Part shown: positions 18,890 through 26,294 of the stretch, in pieces
Layout of the letters: every line of letters starts with the position of its first letter
How positions within the stretch are numbered: the first letter of the stretch is position 1
NCBI RefSeq assembly: GCF_024397915.1
Contig: NZ_CP073347.1
Span: forward strand, 2,820,058-2,860,057
Source of the DNA: Marinobacterium rhizophilum
GTDB lineage: Bacteria; Pseudomonadota; Gammaproteobacteria; Pseudomonadales; Balneatricaceae
Reading direction: 5' to 3'
DNA length: 40,000 bases
Position numbers and translations under genes: made by a program
Notes under the pieces: model-generated
The model's database searches: none
What the model was told of the DNA's origin: nothing
The model's input: the letters and a program-made list of their open reading frames with translations, nothing else

Positions 18890-19444
18890 ATGCAACGGCA
18901 CTATTACATCAGTGATAACCTCGACGAACTCGAAACCGTCGAACATGAACTGGAAGCCAGCGGCATCAGCGTTGAGCAGATCCATGTACTCAGTGAAAAT
19001 GATGCAGCTATCGAACAACACCACCTGCCGGAAGTGGTGTCATTTATGAAGCAGGACGTTGTGCACTCCGGCGAGATTGGCGCCGTCGTTGGTGTCGTGC
19101 TGGCCGCACTGATGCTGGGCGTGGCCTACATGATGGGCTGGACCGAAACCGCCGCCGGCTGGATACCCTTTGCATTCCTTGCGGTCGTCATACTGGGCTT
19201 TTGTACCTGGGAGGGTGGCTTCTTTGGCATTCAGGAACCGAACGCGCATTTTCGCCGCTTCAAACGCCTGTTAAAGCACGGCAAGCACATCTTTTTTGTC
19301 GATGTTGAGCCGGAGCAGGAGGATATTCTCAACAAGGTGGTCAAACAGCACCCGCGGCTCAAGCTTGCCGGCACCGGTGATGCCGCGCCGCACTTCGTGG
19401 TCGCCTGGTTGCAAAAGTGGCACCAGTTCAAGCGCACCATCTAG
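18890..19444 (+). CDS. Hypothetical membrane protein (two central TM helices)
   Basis: The start ATG 18890 (MQRHYYISDNL) is preceded by GGAGGTG. The central hydrophobic segments are GAVVGVVLAALMLGVAYMMGW and WIPFAFLAVVILGFCTW. It is followed by a terminator hairpin. Confidence 0.65.
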   Translation: MQRHYYISDNLDELETVEHELEASGISVEQIHVLSENDAAIEQHHLPEVVSFMKQDVVHSGEIGAVVGVVLAALMLGVAYMMGWTETAAGWIPFAFLAVVILGFCTWEGGFFGIQEPNAHFRRFKRLLKHGKHIFFVDVEPEQEDILNKVVKQHPRLKLAGTGDAAPHFVVAWLQKWHQFKRTI

Positions 19445-19456
19445 ATCCTCTGATCC

Positions 19457-19490
19457 CGCCCGGCAACCCCTGGTAGCCGGGCGTTTTCGT
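19457..19490 (+). terminator. Rho-independent terminator of the 18890-19444 gene
   Basis: There is a perfect 8-bp stem, CGCCCGGC (19457-19464) / GCCGGGCG (19476-19483), with an 11-nt loop, followed by TTTTCGT. Confidence 0.7.
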
Positions 19491-19800
19491 CCCCGCCCTT
19501 ACCGAAAAACAGCAAGCGGCTGAAGAAGGCACAAGACAAGGGCCGGCTTGCGCCGCCATCAGCCCCATTAGTGCCATCAGCACTACGAAAGATCACTGCA
19601 ATGCTGCCCCTGCCCCTGCCCGCCAGTATCCTGGTAGCCCTGATTTTTAGCCCCCGCTTTTACCGAAAACAGCAAGCGATTGAGGAAGGTACATGACAAG
19701 GGTCGGCTTGCGCCGCCATCAGCCCCATTACTTCCGTACGCACTACGAAAGACCGCTGCAGTACTGCCGCTGCCCGCCAGTATCCTGGTAGCCCTGATTT
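19486..19800. repeat. Two degenerate tandem copies (161 and 154 bp) of the 3' end plus flank of the cox subunit-IV-like gene
   Basis: TTAGCCCCCGtCTTTTcCGAAAA (live, 19801) aligns with TTAGCCCCCGCTTTTACCGAAAA (19647) and TTCGTCCCCGCCCTTACCGAAAA (19486). The shared motifs CGCCATCAGCCCCAT and CCCGCCAGTATCCTGGTAGCCCTGATTT recur with the same spacing. Confidence 0.8.
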
Positions 19801-20139
19801 TTAGCCCCCGTCTTTTCCGAAAAATAATAGGCGACTGAGGAAGACGTAATCAGCTTCAACCGCCATCAGCCCCATCAGTACCAGCAGGCACAGGGGGGGA
19901 ACCAGGATGGCATACACAATGGCCAGCCTTTCCCACGCCATGTGCATGAAAATCGACACGATCAGGCCGGCCTTGAGCAGCATGAAAATAAGAATCAGGG
20001 CCCAGCGCAACGGGCCCTCGAAATGAAAATAGTCCACCAGGTAAGACAGGGTACTGAGGATAAACAGCAACCCCCATATTTTCAGATAGAGGCTCACGGG
20101 ATGCTGCTGCCCCTGTTTAATCTCGTGCATAGATTCCAT
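19801..20139 (-). CDS. Small haem-copper oxidase subunit (bacterial cytochrome oxidase subunit IV-like, 3 TM)
   Basis: The protein is 112 aa from ATG 20139 (MESMHEIKQG), 11 nt after the subunit III stop. It has three hydrophobic helices and lies last in the oxidase cluster. Confidence 0.7.
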   Translation of the reverse strand: MESMHEIKQGQQHPVSLYLKIWGLLFILSTLSYLVDYFHFEGPLRWALILIFMLLKAGLIVSIFMHMAWERLAIVYAILVPPLCLLVLMGLMAVEADYVFLSRLLFFGKDGG

Positions 20140-20149
20140 TGCCGGCACC

Positions 20150-20860
20150 TCACCAGAGATAAAAGAACGCGAAAATAAAGACCCAGACCAGGTCCACGAA
20201 ATGCCAGTAGAGCCCGGCGATCTCGACCACCTGGTAGTCCCCGCTGCTTTCGTAGTGCCCACGCATTACCTTGTAGGCCACCACGCTGAGGTAAATTACA
20301 CCAATGGAAACATGCAGCCCGTGAAAGCCCGTGATCATGAAAAAACTGGCACCAAACTGCGCCGCGCCCTCGGGGTTTCCCCAGGGTCTTACACCCTCTT
20401 CAATCAGCTTGCTCCACTCGAATGCCTGCATGCCGACAAAGGCCGCGCCCAGCAGCGCCGTCGCCAGTATCAGCAGCCCTGTTCTGAGCCGCGCCCGGCG
20501 GTAGGCGAAATTGACGGCCATGGCCATGGTGCCGCTGCTGCTGATCAGTACAAAGGTCATGATCGCGATCAGAATCAGCGGTATCGAGTGCCCCCCAAGG
20601 GTCAAGGCAAAGACTTCGCTGGTATTGGGCCAGGGTGCGGTGGTGGTCATGCGCACGGCCATGTAGCCGATCAGAAAGCAGGAAAACACAAAGGTATCGC
20701 TGAGCAGGAAAATCCACATCATGGCCTTGCCCCAGGACACCTGCCTGAAGGCCTCCTTGTCCGACGACCAGTCGCGGTACAGACCTTCCCAGCCACCGGG
20801 TGCGGCGGCTTCTGTCGGGGGCCGCTCGGCTAGCGGCGCATCTCTTGAAGACCGGGCCAT
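20150..20860 (-). CDS. Haem-copper oxidase subunit III family protein
   Basis: The protein is 236 aa with multiple TM segments and a typical subunit III C-terminus (GLYWHFVDLVWVFIFAFFYLW). The RBS GAGGTGA is present. Confidence 0.88.
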   Translation of the reverse strand: MARSSRDAPLAERPPTEAAAPGGWEGLYRDWSSDKEAFRQVSWGKAMMWIFLLSDTFVFSCFLIGYMAVRMTTTAPWPNTSEVFALTLGGHSIPLILIAIMTFVLISSSGTMAMAVNFAYRRARLRTGLLILATALLGAAFVGMQAFEWSKLIEEGVRPWGNPEGAAQFGASFFMITGFHGLHVSIGVIYLSVVAYKVMRGHYESSGDYQVVEIAGLYWHFVDLVWVFIFAFFYLW

Positions 20861-20864
20861 ATCA

Positions 20865-21539
20865 TCACCTCAGGCCACAGAAGGCGGCGATTACTTGATA
20901 GGTTTGCGGGCTGCTGCTGAGGACGACAAAGAGCACCAGCCAGAGCGCCAGCAGGTAGTGCCAGTAGATCGCACAGAGCGCGAGGCTTCGGCTCAGCTGC
21001 GCCAGCGGCAGGCCACAGCCGTAGCGCCAGAGGGTTCTGGCCCAGACAACGAGCCCGCCCAGCAGGTGCAGACCATGCAGCCCGGTCAGCAGAAAAAAGA
21101 AACTGTTGGCCGGGTTCACCGAGAAGCCGTACCCCAGAACGACGAAAGTCCGCCATAGCCACAGCTGCCCGGCGATAAAGCCCAGCGCACAGAACCCGCC
21201 CAGCAAAAAGCCGGCGAAGCTTTCCAGTCGGCGACCGTGCCGGGCAACCACCCGGGCCCACTGCAGCGCCAGGCTGCCCATCATCAGCACCAGGGTGTTC
21301 AACAGCAGCGGCTCGACCCGGTAAAGTGGCGCCGCAGGTTCGGTCAGCGGACGCCAGTCACCCAGCTGGGAGCGCGCAATAAAGGCGATCAGGAACAGAA
21401 AGAAAAACGAACTGACGACGGCCAGGAAGATGCGCAATCCAAGGATCGCGGCACGGCTGCGTTCATCCTGGTCCCGCTGTGCTTCCTGCCCTCCGCCCTC
21501 GGGGTAAGCGTCTGCCATTTTCAGTAATGAGCTGCTCAT
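20865..21539 (-). CDS. Second haem-copper oxidase subunit III-like protein
   Basis: The protein is 224 aa with a subunit III-like signature (LTGLHGLHLLGG...YWHYLLALWLVLF). Its start overlaps the subunit I stop in an ATGA arrangement. Confidence 0.82.
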   Translation of the reverse strand: MSSSLLKMADAYPEGGGQEAQRDQDERSRAAILGLRIFLAVVSSFFFLFLIAFIARSQLGDWRPLTEPAAPLYRVEPLLLNTLVLMMGSLALQWARVVARHGRRLESFAGFLLGGFCALGFIAGQLWLWRTFVVLGYGFSVNPANSFFFLLTGLHGLHLLGGLVVWARTLWRYGCGLPLAQLSRSLALCAIYWHYLLALWLVLFVVLSSSPQTYQVIAAFCGLR

Positions 21540-23302
21540 GGGGCGACCTCCGGCTCGCGGCGACGGGGCAGCGCGGCCAGATCCTGCTCCGACAGGGTCT
21601 GGGGCACGTAATCCTGCTCCAGCCCGGGCATGCTGTAATCATAGGCCCAGCGGTGCACCACCGGCAGCTTCGGCCCCCAGTTGCCATGGGCCGGCGGCGT
21701 CTGCGGGGTCTGCCACTCGAGACTGGTGGCCTTCCAGGGATTGGGACCCGACGGTGGCCCGCGAAAGGCGCTCCAGGCCAGGTTGCCGAGAAACAGCAGC
21801 TGGCTCACGCCGACAATCAGCGCCGCCACCGTGATAAAGGCATTCAGGTCCTGCGCCGAGGGGGGAATAAAGTCGTACCCCTCGAAGGCGTAATAGCGGC
21901 GCGGCACGCCCAGAAAACCCAGGTAGTGCATGGGAAAGTAGATGGCATAGGTGCCCAGGAAGGTGATCCAGAAATGCAGCTGACCGACGGTATCGTTCAG
22001 CATCCGGCCAGTGACCTTCGGGAACCAGTGGTAAATGGCCCCGAAGACCACCAGTATCGGCGCTACCCCCATGACCATGTGGAAATGCGCCACCACGAAG
22101 TAGGTATCCGACAGCGGGATATCGACGATCACGTTGCCAAGAAAGAGCCCGGTCAGCCCGCCCACCAGGAAGGTCAGGATAAACGCCAGCGCGAACAGCA
22201 TCGGCACCCGCAGATGGATGTCGCCCCGCCAGAGCGTCAGCACCCAGTTGTATACCTTGAGCGCCGTGGGTACCGCGATAATCAGGGTGGTGGTGGCAAA
22301 GAAAAAACCGAATTTCGGATTCATGCCGCTGACATACATATGGTGCGCCCAAACCACAAAACTCAGCACGCCGATGGCCACTATCGCCCACACCATCATG
22401 CGGTAGCCAAAGATATTCTTGCGGGCATGGGTGCTGATCAGGTCCGACACCAGGCCAAAGGCCGGCAGCGCGACTATATAGACTTCCGGATGGCCGAAAA
22501 ACCAGAACAGGTGCTGGAACAGTATGGGACTGCCGCCTTCGTGATCCAGCGCTTGCCCCATGGACATCATCGCCGGCATAAAGAAGCTGGTACCCAGCAG
22601 GCGGTCACACAGCATCATGATGGCGCTGACAAAGAGCGCCGGGAAAGCCAGCAGCGCCAGCACCGTTGCCATGAAGATGCCCCAGACGGTCAGCGGCATG
22701 CGAAACAGCGTCATGCCGTAGGTGCGCGCCTGCAGCACCGTGGTGACATAGTTCAGCCCCCCCATGGTGGCGGCGACGATGAAGATCGCCAGCGATACCA
22801 GCATCAGCACGATGCCCCAGTCCGCCCCGGGGGTGCCGCGGGTGATGGACTGGGGCGGATACAGCGTCCAGCCGGCGCCCGTGGGGCCACCGGGCACGAA
22901 GAAACTGGCCAGCAGCACCAGCACCGACAGCAGGAAAAACCAGTAACTCAGCATGTTGAGATAGGGAAACACCATGTCCCGAGCGCCCACCATCAGCGGG
23001 ATCAGGTAGTTGCCGAAACCGCCGAGGAACAGCGCGGTCAGCAGGTAGATCACCATGATCATGCCGTGCATGGTCATGGCCTGGTAATAGGCCGCGGGGT
23101 CCATGAACTCGAGGCTGCCGGGAAAGCCGATCTGCATGCGCATCAGCCCGGACAGCACCAGGCCCACCAGGCCGACAAAGATGGCCGTCAGGCCATACTG
23201 AACAGCGATAACCTTGTGATCCTGGCTCCAGATATAACGGGTCAGGAAACTGCGCGGTACATGCACAGGATCCCGTTCCGCCTGTTCTGCATAGGCCATC
23301 AT
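21536..23302 (-). CDS. Cytochrome c oxidase subunit I
   Basis: Canonical motifs are present: WFFGHPEVYI, the HHMY region (WAHHMYVSG) and VAHFHMVMG. The start is taken at ATG 23302/23299 (MMAYAEQ) after GAGGAGG; the track ORF adds 34 codons that overlap the subunit II 3' end. Confidence 0.93.
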   Translation of the reverse strand: MMAYAEQAERDPVHVPRSFLTRYIWSQDHKVIAVQYGLTAIFVGLVGLVLSGLMRMQIGFPGSLEFMDPAAYYQAMTMHGMIMVIYLLTALFLGGFGNYLIPLMVGARDMVFPYLNMLSYWFFLLSVLVLLASFFVPGGPTGAGWTLYPPQSITRGTPGADWGIVLMLVSLAIFIVAATMGGLNYVTTVLQARTYGMTLFRMPLTVWGIFMATVLALLAFPALFVSAIMMLCDRLLGTSFFMPAMMSMGQALDHEGGSPILFQHLFWFFGHPEVYIVALPAFGLVSDLISTHARKNIFGYRMMVWAIVAIGVLSFVVWAHHMYVSGMNPKFGFFFATTTLIIAVPTALKVYNWVLTLWRGDIHLRVPMLFALAFILTFLVGGLTGLFLGNVIVDIPLSDTYFVVAHFHMVMGVAPILVVFGAIYHWFPKVTGRMLNDTVGQLHFWITFLGTYAIYFPMHYLGFLGVPRRYYAFEGYDFIPPSAQDLNAFITVAALIVGVSQLLFLGNLAWSAFRGPPSGPNPWKATSLEWQTPQTPPAHGNWGPKLPVVHRWAYDYSMPGLEQDYVPQTLSEQDLAALPRRREPEVAP

Positions 23303-23342
23303 GTCCTCCTCGGCCGCAGCGCCGCCCGGGCGCCGGCCACTC

Positions 23343-24767
23343 TCAGGGTGCGCCCTTGTCTGCCAGGGCTGCGATAAAGGCGCCCAGAGCCTGTAACTGG
23401 GCATCGTTCAGGCTGTAGGCCGGCATCACGGACGCATAGCCCTTCACCGTCTGAGCCGCCGGGCTGACAATCGATTCCCGTACATAGGCATCGTCAACCT
23501 GAACCTCGCGGCCATCCATCAGGGTCTCGGTAGCGCCGTAAAGTCCTTTCCAGCTGGGGCCAACACCCGGGCTGCCATCGAGGCTGTGGCAGGCCAGGCA
23601 TCCCAGGGTTTCGGCCAGCTGCTGTCCGTCCGACACCCGCTGCTCCTGCGCGGCATCAGTGGCCTCGGGCCCCAGCGAGCGAATCAGTGCAACCAGCGCC
23701 TCCAGGTCGGCATCCGCCAGCGCATAGGGCACCATGACCGCCGCATAGCCCTGTACCATACGGGCACCGGGCTGCAGGATGGATTCCTTCAGATAGTCCT
23801 CATCGACGCGAACCTGGCTGCCATCGGCCAGGGTCTCCAGGCTGCCATATAGCCCCAGCCAGCCGGGCCCCAGACTCTTGCTGCCATCCAGGCTGTGACA
23901 GGCAACACAGCCATGCTGCTGGGCCAGCGCACGACCGCGCTCCACCTCAGGATCAAGGCCCGAGCGCTGCGCCGACGCCTCCTGCGTCTGTGCGAAGGTA
24001 GGCTGCTGTCCCAGCCACTGCTCGAAGGCCTCGGGCGCTTCGACGATCATTCGTCCGCGCATGTTGTAGTGACCCAGGCCGCAGAACTCGGCACAGAGGA
24101 TTTCATAGGAGCCCGTCACCATGGGGGTAAACCAGAAATAGGACACCAGGCCCGGCACCATATCCATCTTGCTGCGAATCTGCGGAATGTAGAAGTTGTG
24201 CAGCACATCGTTTGAACGCTGCAGCACCTTGACTGGCAGGCCCACCGGCAAGCGCACCTCGTTACCCCGCACGATAACGTCATCCTGACCGCTGGCGTCC
24301 TCGGGGTTCAGCCCCAGCGGGTTGGCGGCGCTGATCCACTCCACGCTCGAGGTGCCCAGCCGACCGTCGGCGCCGGGCAGGCGAAATGCCCATTGCCACT
24401 GCTGGCCCACGACCTCGAGTTCATAGGCATTGTCGGGCACCCGGACAAAATCGTTATAGACCACCAGGCCCGGCGCCAGCAGCCCCGCGATGGCCACAGT
24501 GGTCACGCCAATCAGCCACCATTCCAGGGGTTTGTTTTCCGGCTCGTACTGGGCCCTGAGACCCTTGCGGTGACGAAAGCGAATGAGGGCCAGGGCCATG
24601 AACAGGGTAATGGCGACGAAGAATACGCCGGTGATCAGCAGGGTAAGAAACAGGGTATCGTCAATCGAGCCCCAGTTTGAAGCCGCTTCGGTCGCACGCC
24701 AGGGATTGAACAGATGAAACAGAACTGACGCGATAACGATAAAGATAAAAACGATTGCCAATGCCAT
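23343..24767 (-). CDS. Cytochrome c oxidase subunit II fused to two c-type cytochrome domains
   Basis: There are two N-terminal TM helices, the CuA motif CAEFCGLGHYNM, and then two CxxCH haem-binding sites (CVACH and CLACH). Confidence 0.92.
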   Translation of the reverse strand: MALAIVFIFIVIASVLFHLFNPWRATEAASNWGSIDDTLFLTLLITGVFFVAITLFMALALIRFRHRKGLRAQYEPENKPLEWWLIGVTTVAIAGLLAPGLVVYNDFVRVPDNAYELEVVGQQWQWAFRLPGADGRLGTSSVEWISAANPLGLNPEDASGQDDVIVRGNEVRLPVGLPVKVLQRSNDVLHNFYIPQIRSKMDMVPGLVSYFWFTPMVTGSYEILCAEFCGLGHYNMRGRMIVEAPEAFEQWLGQQPTFAQTQEASAQRSGLDPEVERGRALAQQHGCVACHSLDGSKSLGPGWLGLYGSLETLADGSQVRVDEDYLKESILQPGARMVQGYAAVMVPYALADADLEALVALIRSLGPEATDAAQEQRVSDGQQLAETLGCLACHSLDGSPGVGPSWKGLYGATETLMDGREVQVDDAYVRESIVSPAAQTVKGYASVMPAYSLNDAQLQALGAFIAALADKGAP

Positions 24768-25209
24768 CGATAATCACCCTCGCCCGCCGCCACGCTGACA
24801 GCCTGCTGCAGTCGCCTGCGACAGGCTCGGCACGGCGACCAGCACAGTTGCGCGAGTCGGCCGACCTGAGATGGCATCGGGGCGCGACAGCCGGACGGCA
24901 CCCGAATGGAAACGACACAGGATTGCGCTCAACAGGACCCGGCCAAACCTCTAAAAGCGTAGTGCTGAAGGCAAAAATATGCGAACCCGGCCGCGACGCC
25001 GGTCCGCGATCACAGGCCCGCTCGCCTCTCCCGGACTGTGCATAAGCTGTGGCCAGTTATACAGACGCGATCTTCGAAACAACCCGGCGGCCCGATTTGC
25101 CCACCGCACACTCAAAAATCATGCAGCTTCACAGGAAGCCTGATTTACGGGACCTCTAGCAAAGTACGCGGAGCTTATCCCCAGACTGACCACAGCCTTG
25201 TACAGCCAT

Positions 25210-25254
25210 TCTGTGTGTAACATTCGCGTATCGGAGACACCATTTACACACAGA
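25210..25254. promoter_or_regulatory. Perfect 11-bp inverted repeat with a 23-nt spacer
   Basis: The arms are TCTGTGTGTAA (25210-25220) and TTACACACAGA (25244-25254). It lies in a non-coding region about 450 nt upstream of the oxidase subunit II start. Confidence 0.35.
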
Positions 25255-25404
25255 GACTTATACACAGCGGGAAAAGACGGCCCGGAACAGCAGGGCCAAT
25301 GCCAAGGATCAGCCCTGCGCAAACCGCGCCCACGGCAGAACGTACATCCTGTATAGACCGCTCCTGCGCATCCATGCGCCCGCGGCATACCGTTGTGCCC
25401 TTGC

Positions 25405-25500
25405 TCACACCGTCTCGTTGACCGCCTTTGTCAGTTCCATGATGGCCTTCTTGCCATCACTGAAGCGCATCAGGCAGTTGTCCAGGGCAAAGAACGGCCA
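25405..25500 (-). pseudogene. Silent copy 1 of the pntB 3' end (most diverged)
   Basis: It has a TGA stop and the frame is kept. It carries four private non-synonymous changes (T-to-K, G-to-S, R-to-L, L-to-F). Confidence 0.85.
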
Positions 25501-25572
25501 ATTGTGGATAGCGCAGGCCCGAACCGCACGGCCAGGGACGACCCACCAGGCGGCAGACCGTCGTTCCCTTGC

Positions 25573-25668
25573 TCACACCGTTTCGTTGACCGCCGTTGTC
25601 AGTTCCATGATGGCCTTCTTGCCATCGCCAAACAGCATCAGGCAGCTGTCCCTGGCAAAGAGCGTCCT
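25573..25668 (-). pseudogene. Silent copy 2 of the pntB 3' end
   Basis: It has a TGA stop. Its differences from the live end are mostly synonymous (GTG, GAA, TTT, CTG), plus one N-to-S change. Confidence 0.85.
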
Positions 25669-25740
25669 GTTGTGGATAGCGCAGGCCCGAACTGCACGGC
25701 CAGGGACGGCCCACCAGGCGGCAGACCGTCGTTCCCTTGC

Positions 25741-25836
25741 TCACACCGTTTCGTTGACCGCCGTTGTCAGTTCCATGATGGCCTTCTTGCCATCACCGAA
25801 GAGCATCAGGCAGTTGTCCCGGGCAAAGAGCGTCCT
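25741..25836 (-). pseudogene. Silent copy 3 of the pntB 3' end
   Basis: It has a TGA stop and encodes LFARDNCLMLFGDGKKAIMELTTAVNETV, identical to the live C-terminus. It is embedded in the ATG-initiated 62-codon track ORF 25741..25929. Confidence 0.85.
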
Positions 25837-25962
25837 GTTGTGGATAGCGCAGGCCCGAACCGCACGGCCAGGGACGGCCCACCAGGCGGCAGCCCGTACA
25901 TCCTGTATAGACCGCTCCTGCGCATCCATGCGCCCGCGGCATACCGTACATCCTGTACATAC

Positions 25963-26058
25963 CTAAACCGTTTCGTTGACCGCCGTTGTCAGCTCCATGA
26001 TGGCCTTCTTGCCATCACCGAAGAGCATCAGGCAGCTGTCCCTGGCGAAGAGCGGCCA
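25963..26058 (-). pseudogene. Silent copy 4 of the pntB 3' end (TAG type)
   Basis: It shares the TAG stop and the GTT and GAG codon states with the live gene. Like the live gene, it is directly preceded by the ~50-nt X element. Confidence 0.85.
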
Positions 26059-26130
26059 ATTGTGGATAGCGCAGGCCCGAACTGCACGGCCAGGGACGGC
26101 CCACCAGGCGGCAGACCGTCGTTCCCTTGC

Positions 26131-26226
26131 TCACACCGTTTCGTTGACCGCCGTTGTCAGTTCCATGATGGCCTTCTTGCCATCGCCGAAGCGCATCAGG
26201 CAGTTGTCCCGGGCAAAGAGCGCCCT
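26131..26226 (-). pseudogene. Silent copy 5 of the pntB 3' end
   Basis: It has a TGA stop, three synonymous differences and one L-to-R change. Confidence 0.85.
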
Positions 26227-26294
26227 GTTGTGGATAGCGCAGGCCCGAACTGCGCATCCATGCGCCCGCGGCATACCGTACATCCTGTACATAC

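Larger units (their letters stand above)
25341..26294. repeat. Composite tandem array: five silent copies of the pntB 3' end (period mostly 168 bp) interleaved with three copies of a ~50-nt element
   Basis: The order is X1 25341-25393, copies starting at 25405, 25573 and 25741, X2 25895-25962, copies starting at 25963 and 26131, X3 (partial) 26251-26294, then the live stop at 26295. The core CCGTTTCGTTGACCGCCGTTGTCAGyTCCATGATGGCCTTCTTGCCATC is shared by all copies. Confidence 0.95.

Noticed and set aside
25341-26294. Possible CRISPR array (regularly spaced repeats).
   Set aside because: The material between the conserved cores is itself repeated and near-identical between units, so there are no unique spacers. 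The repeats are about 100 nt and derive from pntB. There are no cas genes in the window. The same reasoning applies to 12811-13706.
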